This document shows, piece by piece, positions 8,571-16,832 of a DNA stretch of 18,261 nt (position 1 is the first letter of the stretch; each line of letters starts with the position of its first letter). Made by a program: the position numbers and the translations under genes. This DNA comes from a bacterium. GTDB lineage: Bacteria > Oederibacteriota > PGYV01 > Palsa-1178. The notes under the pieces are model-generated. The model was not told the DNA's origin and ran no database searches. It worked only from the letters and a program-made list of their open reading frames with translations. The stretch lies in contig JBAXIL010000037.1 in the NCBI GenBank assembly GCA_037138355.1, positions 1-18,261 of the forward strand, read 5' to 3'.

Positions 8571-8736
8571 CAGATAAAAGCAGTTAAATCAGATAAGAGC
8601 AGTTTGAAGTTTTTAGTTTTAAGTAGAAAAATCTTTAAAACTCCAAACTCTAAACTTCAAACTTATTAATCTGATTTTAAAACTCTAAACTTCAAACTTA
8701 TTAATCTGATTTTATAACTCCAAACTTATTTATCTA
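8571..8736. repeat. Heptamer-repeat palindromic intergenic element, copy 1
   Basis: CAGATAAGAGCAGTTTGAAGTTT at 8590, with a partial duplicate of this end at 8571. AAACTYY repeats, a perfect 35-bp tandem duplication at 8645-8679/8680-8714, and a degenerate right end TTTATCT. Confidence 0.9.
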
Positions 8737-8739
8737 ATT

Positions 8740-9861
8740 TTATATCTCTATCAGTTCATACTCCATACTACCGAGGCCAATCTTTTGTGCATGCTCTAAC
8801 TGCACTTTCCAGTTAAGCTGAGGATGCATCATTTTGAACTTATCTGTGCCACTATACTTAAGATCATATGCTTCCCTGTTTTCGACATTTGAATTAATAA
8901 CTTTTGCAGCATTAACCAACTCTGCTGAGGCAGTATCTATAGCCACTGGATCAAAAGAAGCCAATATTCCTATGTCAGGGACTATGTAATTATCAGACGA
9001 TGGCATACAATCACACTCAGGAGTAATATTCAAAACAAAATTAATAAAAAACGCTTTATTCTTTTTATTATCCATAACTGCAAGAGCATATTCAGCCATT
9101 TTTTCATTCATTACCTGGAGATCAGTATCCCACTTGCTCTCTATAGCATCAAACCTACAAGCAGGAACGCATTCGCCACAACCAGCACATTTCGCAGGAT
9201 CATTTACGACCTTGTCCCCTACCATTTTTAAAGCATCAAAATTGCACCAGTCCACACACTCTTCACAACCGGTACATAATGTTGATTTAAATTCAGGAAC
9301 ATTCCCTGAATGCTGGTCTTGTTTTCCTGACCTTGGTGTGCAACCCATTCCAATATTTTTAATAGCTCCGCCCATAGCAGTCATCATATGGCCTTTACAA
9401 TGGGACATTACTATCATGCTGTTTGCCCAATAAATTGCCGAGGCTACTCTTGCTTTTTGAACATGAGTACCTTTTATGGCAACATCTACTCCATCCATAC
9501 CAGTCAAACCATCTGCAATAACTAAAGGTGCTCCAACTGATGCATATGAAAAACCATGTTTTAATGCTACATTCAAATGTTTTACAGCATTATTTCTCTC
9601 ACCCACATAAAGCGTATTTGTGTCAGTTAAAAAAGGATTTCCCCCGCAGGCCTTTATTCTATCCACAATAGTTCTATAATATAATGGTGATACAAACGAA
9701 ACATTTCCTTCTTCACCAAAATGCGCTTTTACTGCCACCGTTTCGTTTTGTTTTATAATACTTCCAGCTCCAGCACGATCAAACATTTTTGACAATCTGT
9801 TTAATATGGAATCATTAGCACTTGGTGCCCCAAAACGCGTAAAATAAACTTCACTTTTCAT
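8740..9861 (-). CDS. DUF362-family iron-sulfur protein with a 2[4Fe-4S] ferredoxin insert
   Basis: Motifs VAVKAHFGE, PFLTDTNTLY, HCKGH...GGAIKNIGMG, CTGCEECVDWC, CAGCGECVPAC, ECDC and DPVAID. Confidence 0.9.
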   Translation of the reverse strand: MKSEVYFTRFGAPSANDSILNRLSKMFDRAGAGSIIKQNETVAVKAHFGEEGNVSFVSPLYYRTIVDRIKACGGNPFLTDTNTLYVGERNNAVKHLNVALKHGFSYASVGAPLVIADGLTGMDGVDVAIKGTHVQKARVASAIYWANSMIVMSHCKGHMMTAMGGAIKNIGMGCTPRSGKQDQHSGNVPEFKSTLCTGCEECVDWCNFDALKMVGDKVVNDPAKCAGCGECVPACRFDAIESKWDTDLQVMNEKMAEYALAVMDNKKNKAFFINFVLNITPECDCMPSSDNYIVPDIGILASFDPVAIDTASAELVNAAKVINSNVENREAYDLKYSGTDKFKMMHPQLNWKVQLEHAQKIGLGSMEYELIEI

Positions 9862-9881
9862 TTAAAAAACTCCTTTTAAAG

Positions 9882-10057
9882 CAGATAAGAGCAGTTTGGA
9901 GTTTAGAGTTTTAAGTAGAAAAATCTCTAAAACTTCAAACTTGAAACTCTAAACTTATATCTTCAAACTCCAAACTCTGTACTTTTATCTCCAAACTTAA
10001 AACTCTAAACTTATTACTCTGATTTTATAACTTCAAACTCCAAACTGCCTTTATCTG
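9882..10057. repeat. Heptamer-repeat palindromic intergenic element, copy 2 (most complete)
   Basis: 23-bp terminal inverted repeats at 9882-9904 and 10035-10057 match at 21/23. The interior consists of AAACTYY units. Confidence 0.92.
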
Positions 10058-10060
10058 TTC

Positions 10061-11629
10061 TTATCTGTCCTTAAGTAACTTATATTCTACCGAATCAAGA
10101 AGAGCGAGCCAACTTGCTTCTATGATGTTTTCAGAAACACCGACTGTCGTCCATACATCTTTCTTGTCAGAACTTTCTATCAAAACTCTAACCTTTGCAC
10201 TTGTACCAGCTGTTCCTTCTACTACTCTGACTTTATAATCCACCAAATGCATATCCTTAATTGCTGGATAAAACTTTATGATAGCTTTTCTTAGGGCATT
10301 ATCAAGAGCATTTACAGGACCATCGCCTTCTGCTGCTGTATGTTCTAACTTATCTTTTACCTTGATTTTTATAGTTGCTTCAGAAAACAATTTTCCAGCT
10401 TTATCTTCCACTATTACGCGAAGACCTTTAAGTTCAAAAAATGGTTTGTATTCTGAAAGATTTTTTTTCAAAAATAAATTAAGTGAAGCATCTGCGCCTT
10501 CAAATTCATAACCGTCTTGTTCCATTTGTTTAATTTTGGAAAGAAAAGTTTTGGTTCTCGGATCATCTTTTTCCAGTTTGATTCCCCACTGCTTCGACTT
10601 AAAAAGTAAACTGGATACTCCTGCCTGATTTGTAACAGGAATTTGTCTTACATTCCCAACAAGCTCAGGATTCATGTGTTCATATGCTCTTTCATCCTTC
10701 ATCATAGCATCAGCATGAACTCCTGCTTTATGCGTAAAAGCACTTTTACCAGCATATGGTTGACTATCCACTGGTGCTAAGTTAGCCACTTCGTAGAAAT
10801 AATGAGCACTTTCTGTTATTTTATTTATCTGTTTTAATGGTATGGTTTCATAACCCATTTTAAGAGTAAGTGCAGGTATAACTGATACAAGATTCATATT
10901 TCCTGTTCTCTCTCCGAAACCGTTCATAGTTCCTTGCACTTGAGTGAAACCGTTTTTCACAGCAATCAAGGCATTAGCCACAGCTAAATCAGAATCATTG
11001 TGTGTGTGAATCCCAAGCTTAGTTTTAATTTTAGAGAAAACAACTTTAGTAATCTCATCCATTTCTGGAGTAAGGGTCCCGCCATTTGTGTCACACAAGC
11101 AAATACAATCTGCACCTGCTGCTTGCGCTGCTTTAATACATTTTAAAGCATACTCTGGATCATCTTTATAACCATCAAAAAAATGTTCAGCATCAAAGAT
11201 AACTTCTTTTTTATGATTCTTTAAATACTCAACTGACTCACTAATCAAAATAATATTTTCTTCAGGTGTTATTCTCAAAACATTTATGGCATGCAAGGTC
11301 CATGTTTTACCAAAAATAGTAATTACATCTGTGCCTGCATCCAAAAGTGAGTTTAAGATTAAATCTTCCTTAACTTTTGACTTTGCCCTACGAGTTGATC
11401 CAAAAGCAGCTATTTTTGAATTCTTAATTTTCATTTTCTTGATTCTCTTAAAAAAATCAAGGTCTAAAGAGTTCATGCCATTAACAGGCCAGCCACCCTC
11501 TATGTATGCCACACCCATATCATCCAACTTTTTGGCGAGCAAAAGCTTATCTTCAAGCGAAAATGATATTTTAGGGCTCTGTGCTCCATCTCTTAAAGTC
11601 GTATCATATATATTAATTTTATTTTTCAT
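10061..11629 (-). CDS. cimA: (R)-citramalate synthase (CimA, DRE-TIM family)
   Basis: Motifs YDTTLRDGAQ, YIEGGWP, FDAEHFFDGYK, HTHND, QGTMNGFGERTGN and GDGPVNALDNALRKA, plus the C-terminal WTTVGVSENIIEASW typical of CimA-type enzymes. Confidence 0.92.
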   Translation of the reverse strand: MKNKINIYDTTLRDGAQSPKISFSLEDKLLLAKKLDDMGVAYIEGGWPVNGMNSLDLDFFKRIKKMKIKNSKIAAFGSTRRAKSKVKEDLILNSLLDAGTDVITIFGKTWTLHAINVLRITPEENIILISESVEYLKNHKKEVIFDAEHFFDGYKDDPEYALKCIKAAQAAGADCICLCDTNGGTLTPEMDEITKVVFSKIKTKLGIHTHNDSDLAVANALIAVKNGFTQVQGTMNGFGERTGNMNLVSVIPALTLKMGYETIPLKQINKITESAHYFYEVANLAPVDSQPYAGKSAFTHKAGVHADAMMKDERAYEHMNPELVGNVRQIPVTNQAGVSSLLFKSKQWGIKLEKDDPRTKTFLSKIKQMEQDGYEFEGADASLNLFLKKNLSEYKPFFELKGLRVIVEDKAGKLFSEATIKIKVKDKLEHTAAEGDGPVNALDNALRKAIIKFYPAIKDMHLVDYKVRVVEGTAGTSAKVRVLIESSDKKDVWTTVGVSENIIEASWLALLDSVEYKLLKDR

Positions 11630-11635
11630 TTCGAC

Positions 11636-11824
11636 CTACTTCAAAGTTAGTTTTAAAATAATATAGAGTATCCCAAGCAAAACATATATAATTGCAAGCA
11701 TTTTCATATACCATTGCAGAGAAAACTCTTCAGCGCTTTTTTTCTTTGCTGGAAGCTGTTCGCTTGCTATGTCTTGTGGCTGAACCTTAGGTTCACTTTC
11801 CTGTGGGTTTAGTGTATTGTCCAT
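11636..11824 (-). CDS. Small (62 aa) single-pass membrane protein of unknown function
   Basis: SD GGAGGT about 4 nt before the ATG. The ORF fills the gap between lysC and cimA, ending 6 bp before the cimA start. It has a polar N-terminus and a C-terminal TM segment MLAIIYVLLGILYIIL. Confidence 0.7.
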   Translation of the reverse strand: MDNTLNPQESEPKVQPQDIASEQLPAKKKSAEEFSLQWYMKMLAIIYVLLGILYIILKLTLK

Positions 11825-11857
11825 ATTACCTCCAAATCCGGTATATCCGGTTTTAAG

Positions 11858-13096
11858 CTACTTTTCTGCGATTACATCTTTCTTACCGAGTTTAAATGCC
11901 GAGTGCAAAACACGCACAGCATCTTCAACCTGATCTTCTTTGAGTACAACAGATATTTTTATCTCTGAGGTAGATATCATTAAAATATTTATTTTTTTAT
12001 CTGCAAGTGCTTTAAACATAGCGGAAGCGATTCCTGTATGAGTTCTCATACCCACACCTACTGCAGAAACCTTTCCGATTTTTTCATCTATAGAATAACC
12101 TTTGGCCTTCACTTTTTTTACAATTTCATCCAAAACTTTAACTGCTTTAGCAGTATCTTTTCTAAATATAGTAAATGATATGTCGGTACTGCCATTATCT
12201 GAGACATTCTGTATAATCATATCTACATTGACATCTCCGTCTGCTATTTTATTAAAAACAAGAGACGCAATTCCAGGTTGGTCAGGCACACCTTTGATTG
12301 TTATCTTAGCTTCCTTTTTGTTATAAGTAATTCCGCTTACGACTGTTTTTTCCATTTTCTCATCCTCCATTTTAATTATTGTTCCTGGTTTATCAGTAAA
12401 GGTTCCACGAACATGTAAGACCACATTGTAATTTTTAGCAAACTCCACACACCTATTATAAAGTACCTGCGCTCCACTACTTGAGAGTTCAAGCATTTCA
12501 TCATAAGATAGATAATCAATTTTCCTTGCGTCAGGAACTATTTCTGGATTGGCAGTAAGAACCCCATCCACATCCTTTAAAAACTCACACACATCCGCTT
12601 TTATGGCAGTAGCAAGTGCTACGGCTGTCAAATCCGAGCCGCCCCTGCCAAGTGTAGTTACTTCTTCTTTACTGGTTATTCCCTGAAAGCCAGCGACCAT
12701 ACATATATATCCCTCTTTAAGAGCTTTTTTAATTTTGCCAGTACCTTTAATATCCAAAATACGCGCCTTAGTATGTTTAGTGTCAGTCATGATACCAAGT
12801 TGTGCGCCAGTAAATGATTTTGCTTTATAACCTTTTTCTATCAAAGCCATGGACATTAGAGCGATTGACTGCTGTTCACCTGTCGCCATTAACATATCAA
12901 GTTCTCTTTCATCTGGAATCTTTGCAAGTTTTTCAGCGAAATCAACAAGATTATCAGTAGTATCACCTGGAGCAGATACCACTACAACCATTTGATTACC
13001 TTTTTTCTTTTCTCTTATAATTCTGTCTGCTACAAAAAGCATTTTTTCTGGGGTAGCAAGTGAAGCTCCGCCAAATTTCTGAACTATCAAAGCCAT
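11858..13096 (-). CDS. lysC: Aspartate kinase (alpha2beta2 LysC/Ask type)
   Basis: Motifs MALIVQKFGG, VVVVSA, VAGFQG, TTLGRGGSDLTA and DVDG, plus two ACT domains and ISTSEIKIS. Start set to ATG 13096 from SD GGAGGT at 13105-13110. Confidence 0.97.
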   Translation of the reverse strand: MALIVQKFGGASLATPEKMLFVADRIIREKKKGNQMVVVVSAPGDTTDNLVDFAEKLAKIPDERELDMLMATGEQQSIALMSMALIEKGYKAKSFTGAQLGIMTDTKHTKARILDIKGTGKIKKALKEGYICMVAGFQGITSKEEVTTLGRGGSDLTAVALATAIKADVCEFLKDVDGVLTANPEIVPDARKIDYLSYDEMLELSSSGAQVLYNRCVEFAKNYNVVLHVRGTFTDKPGTIIKMEDEKMEKTVVSGITYNKKEAKITIKGVPDQPGIASLVFNKIADGDVNVDMIIQNVSDNGSTDISFTIFRKDTAKAVKVLDEIVKKVKAKGYSIDEKIGKVSAVGVGMRTHTGIASAMFKALADKKINILMISTSEIKISVVLKEDQVEDAVRVLHSAFKLGKKDVIAEK

Positions 13097-13124
13097 ATCA
13101 CTAAACCTCCATAAATTCAAATCA

Positions 13125-14309
13125 CTATTTTTTTATGAAAAAATCAAACAATTCCCATCCATTTTTATATTCTATTTTTCTTTCTGCTGCTGTTTTTTCT
13201 GAATATTTCACAGATAACATGTCTTCCACTTTTGCTGAATCATAAATCATGAATGGTACTGCATCATCTGTGTGAGTTCCTGCTTTTACTGGCGTAGCAT
13301 GATCTGAAGTAATCATAATTCTATAATCTCCAAATTCCTTCATGCCCTCAATTATTCTTGAAACTATTTCACTATCAAACTTTTCTATAGCCAATATCTT
13401 GCCTTTAATATCTTTATTGTGTCCCATTTCATCTGTTGCTTCTACATGAAGATATACAAAATCTTTCTTCTTTAAAGTTTTTAATGCGTATTCAGCTTTT
13501 CCAGCAAAATTAGTATCTATATATCCAGTAACACCAGGGACATTGATTATATCCAAACCCATTGAGACGCCAATGCCATTAACTAAATCTACTGCGGAAA
13601 TCACAGCGCCTTTTAAATTATACTTATCTTTCATGTGAGGCAGATCAAGCTTCTTTCCCTGTCCCCAAAGCCATATCATATTTGCAGGATTTTTTCCTTC
13701 TGCTCTGCGTTGCATATTTATTTCATGTCCATCCAGTAAATATGCCGAGTCTGTCATTAGGCGTTTCAGTAAATCCGCCTTTGCCCCTTTTGGCATATAC
13801 GGTTCAATCTCAAGACCTGTTATATCATGTGGTGGAGTGGCTTTGATAGTTTCGCCACCTTTGATTACCATTATATGTCTGTAGCTTTTCCCTGGATAAA
13901 ATTTTATCTCATCATTTCCAAATTTTTTATCAAGCATTTTTATTAACACTTTAGATTCTTCAGTGGTTATATGCCCAGAACTATAATCAATCATTTTTCC
14001 TGCTTTAACATAGACAAGATTACACCTAAAAGCCACATCTTTAGGTCCTAAAACTATTCCCAAGTTGGCTGCTTCCATAGGAGCGCGACCAGTATAATGA
14101 TCATGGGGATTATTACCAAGCATAGTCATATTACCAACATCCGAGCCAAGTGGGAATCCATCAACAAGCGGATGTACTAAACCCGCCATACTTTTTGCAA
14201 ATAAAGCATCCATATTTGGAGTATTTGCAACTTCCAAAGGCGTTTTGCCACCAAGCTCTTCTACTGGCACATCACCCATGCCATCCGCTAAAAGCACAAT
14301 GTATTTCAT
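13125..14309 (-). CDS. apgM: Cofactor-independent phosphoglycerate mutase, ApgM-like (family proposed as homoserine kinase in thr clusters)
   Basis: Motifs ADGMGD, TPLEVANTPNMD, GSDVGNM, YTGRAPMEA, PPHD, HVEATDEMGH and SDHATP: alkaline-phosphatase-superfamily metal ligands. Confidence 0.88.
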   Translation of the reverse strand: MKYIVLLADGMGDVPVEELGGKTPLEVANTPNMDALFAKSMAGLVHPLVDGFPLGSDVGNMTMLGNNPHDHYTGRAPMEAANLGIVLGPKDVAFRCNLVYVKAGKMIDYSSGHITTEESKVLIKMLDKKFGNDEIKFYPGKSYRHIMVIKGGETIKATPPHDITGLEIEPYMPKGAKADLLKRLMTDSAYLLDGHEINMQRRAEGKNPANMIWLWGQGKKLDLPHMKDKYNLKGAVISAVDLVNGIGVSMGLDIINVPGVTGYIDTNFAGKAEYALKTLKKKDFVYLHVEATDEMGHNKDIKGKILAIEKFDSEIVSRIIEGMKEFGDYRIMITSDHATPVKAGTHTDDAVPFMIYDSAKVEDMLSVKYSEKTAAERKIEYKNGWELFDFFIKK

Positions 14310-14333
14310 ATTATATTCCTTCCAATATTTTGT

Positions 14334-15596
14334 TTAAAACTCTTCCGCATCAGTGGTGTTGCCTTCGCTATCCGTAGTATCTTCACCTTCAATTTTCTTC
14401 GGTTTATCATCAGGCACACGCAAATCTTCAACGGTTTCCATGTCTGCATCTCTCTGCTTTTTTTCCTTTATTACTTCTTTTACCTTTTCGTCTTTTTCGC
14501 GCTGTCTTTTCTTTTGGTCATCAAGCTGCTGTTTCGCAACTTGTTTGTTTTCTTCGATTTGCTTAGCTGTGAGCGCAACATCTTCTCCTTCAGAGGAAGC
14601 TTCTTCGCCTTCGGCTAAAATTTTTCTAAATACTATATGGTCGGTAAATCCATTTCTGGTTTTTTTCACTGCTTCATAAGCTTCTCTTGCCAAAGTGTAA
14701 TTACGATTTAGTTGCAAGGCCTTTTTAAATGCCTCTTGAGATTCAGCAAACATATCCTTATGGAGATATGCTTTACCTAAAGAATAAAACGCCTCAGGAA
14801 ACTTTGGTTTTAATGCAATCGCAGTTTTTAAATGTGCAATGGCTTGATCATAATAGCCACTTGCGATTAGAGCATTACCATAGCTATACTGTGCGCCATC
14901 AAAGTCTTTATCTATTTTTAAAGTATCTTCGAGTTGTATGAGCGCTTTTGCCAAATGTCCTTGTTTTTGATAAGTTAAAGCAAGATTTGTTGAGGCTTCT
15001 TTATAGTCGCGTTTTAAACTAAGTGCCTTTGAAAAATTATCTTGTGCTTTGTCAAGCAAGTCTGTTTCATAATAACAAAGGCCGCTTTCATTATACAATT
15101 CACAAAACTCAGGCTCTATCTTTACAGCATTTCTCAATAGCAATATAGCATCGTCATAGTTTTTCTGAAGTCTATTGATTTTAGCAAGATTCAGCGAAGC
15201 TCTAACAAATATATGATCATCATTTTTTAAGCTAATTGCCTTTTGATAAAGTTCTATATGTTTTTGTATATTTTTAGGATCCTTAATTTCATAAGCCACT
15301 CCATAGTTATACCAGGCCTCTGCATAATTTGGATCTATATATACTGCCTGTTTATACATAACTATTGCATGGTCTGTTTCTTTAAGCGCAATTAAGGCAA
15401 GGCCTGCCTTATTGTAAGGTTTTACAAAATCAGGCATCATTTTTATACACTGTTTGAACTTTGAAAGGGCACCTTTATAATTATTTGTTGAATAAAGGTC
15501 ATAACCTTCGTTATAGACATCAAAAGCAGATCTTACTGCATAGCTATTTATAGCTAAAAGAGCTAAAACAAAAACAAGAGAAAGAATTTTTTTCAT
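14334..15596 (-). CDS. Exported multi-TPR protein with a charged coiled-coil/acidic C-terminal tail
   Basis: Signal peptide MKKILSLVFVLALLAINSYA and about 8 TPR units (e.g. AEAWYNYGVAY, PEAFYSLGKAY). ATG at 15596 lies 9 nt after GGAGG. Confidence 0.88.
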   Translation of the reverse strand: MKKILSLVFVLALLAINSYAVRSAFDVYNEGYDLYSTNNYKGALSKFKQCIKMMPDFVKPYNKAGLALIALKETDHAIVMYKQAVYIDPNYAEAWYNYGVAYEIKDPKNIQKHIELYQKAISLKNDDHIFVRASLNLAKINRLQKNYDDAILLLRNAVKIEPEFCELYNESGLCYYETDLLDKAQDNFSKALSLKRDYKEASTNLALTYQKQGHLAKALIQLEDTLKIDKDFDGAQYSYGNALIASGYYDQAIAHLKTAIALKPKFPEAFYSLGKAYLHKDMFAESQEAFKKALQLNRNYTLAREAYEAVKKTRNGFTDHIVFRKILAEGEEASSEGEDVALTAKQIEENKQVAKQQLDDQKKRQREKDEKVKEVIKEKKQRDADMETVEDLRVPDDKPKKIEGEDTTDSEGNTTDAEEF

Positions 15597-15610
15597 TTGC
15601 AAAAGCCTCC

Positions 15611-16681
15611 CTATTTTTCTATTATTTTCATTATAGATTTTAATTCCGGTTTTACGATTACAGGTTTAAACTCCACGCTTTTTATTGCTGTGTCAGGATC
15701 TTTCAAGCCGTGACCAGTCAAAACACAAACTATTTTTACTGTCTTTTTTATTTTTGAAAAATATTTCTTATTTCCATATTTTATAAGTCCAGCCACAGAA
15801 GCCGCTGAAGCAGGTTCGCAATATATACCCTCTTTCATAGCCAGTAGTTTATATGCTGAAACTATCTCTTCATCTGTGACCATATCAATCACACCACCTG
15901 AATCATCACGAGCCGTTTCTGCCTGTGTCCAACTTGCTGGATTTCCAATCCTTATCGCAGTTGCAATAGTTTCAGGATGTTCAATTCTTTTCTTTAAAAC
16001 TATTGGTGCAGAACCTGCTGCCTGAAAACCCATCATAACTGGAAGTTTTTTTGATTTTTTTGCTATTTTAAATTCATTATAACCTTTCCAGTATGCTGTA
16101 ATATTCCCTGCATTTCCTACAGGTATAAAGTGAAAGTCAGGAGCATCACCTAAAAACTCTATGATTTCAAAAGCTCCTGTTTTCTGTCCTTCAATCCTGT
16201 ACGGATTAAGTGAATTAACAAGTTCTATTGGATATTTTTCGCATATTTGTTTTACCATTTCAAGTGCTACATCAAAATTGCCTTCTACAGCAATTACTTT
16301 TGCACCATGAATCATTGCCTGCGAAAGTTTTCCAAGTGCTATATAGCCATTAGGTATGATGACATAACTTTTTATTCCCGCACGCATTGAATATGCCGCG
16401 GCTGAAGCAGAAGTGTTGCCAGTAGAAGCGCAAATAGTTGCCTTCATACCTTTTTCACAGGCCTTAGATATAGCCATAGTCATTCCGCGGTCTTTAAATG
16501 AACCTGTTGGATTTAAGCCTTCGTATTTTACATACATCTCCACATTTGGGGCTATCAATTTTTCAAGCTTATTCATTCTTATTAACGGAGTATTGCCTTC
16601 ATGTAAAGTAATAACTGGAGTTTTCTTTGTGACAGGTAAATATTTTCTGTATTTCTCTATGAGGCCTTTATACTGTTCCAT
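15611..16681 (-). CDS. thrC: Threonine synthase
   Basis: Motifs EGNTPLI, KYEGLNPTGSFKDRG (PLP lysine), CASTGNTSASAAAY, PVGNAGN and TGHGLKD. Confidence 0.98.
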   Translation of the reverse strand: MEQYKGLIEKYRKYLPVTKKTPVITLHEGNTPLIRMNKLEKLIAPNVEMYVKYEGLNPTGSFKDRGMTMAISKACEKGMKATICASTGNTSASAAAYSMRAGIKSYVIIPNGYIALGKLSQAMIHGAKVIAVEGNFDVALEMVKQICEKYPIELVNSLNPYRIEGQKTGAFEIIEFLGDAPDFHFIPVGNAGNITAYWKGYNEFKIAKKSKKLPVMMGFQAAGSAPIVLKKRIEHPETIATAIRIGNPASWTQAETARDDSGGVIDMVTDEEIVSAYKLLAMKEGIYCEPASAASVAGLIKYGNKKYFSKIKKTVKIVCVLTGHGLKDPDTAIKSVEFKPVIVKPELKSIMKIIEK

Positions 16682-16723
16682 AAAAACTCCTTTAATTCAG
16701 ATTAGGAAGTAACTACTTAAAAT

Positions 16724-16828
16724 CAGATACGAGCAGTTTGAAGTTTTTAGTTTTAAGATGTTTCAAACTTAAAACTCCAAACTTCTTACTCTGTTTTTAT
16801 AACTCCAAACTTAAAACTGCCTTCATCT
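16724..16828. repeat. Heptamer-repeat palindromic intergenic element, copy 3 (short)
   Basis: 16724-16757 matches copy 1 (8590-8623) at 33/34 positions. The right end AAAACTGCCTTCATCT resembles the copy 2 end AAACTGCCTTTATCT. Confidence 0.9.
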
Positions 16829-16832
16829 CGCT

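Noticed and set aside
8571..10057. Heptamer elements as simple intrinsic terminators or known riboswitches (preQ1, lysine, T-box)
   Set aside because: They lack a compact GC stem with a U-tract and any recognisable aptamer motif, and the same element precedes functionally unrelated genes.
13097..13120. Longer lysC start (MNLWRFSD...)
   Set aside because: The SD GGAGGT lies within this extension, and family members begin at MALIVQKFGG.
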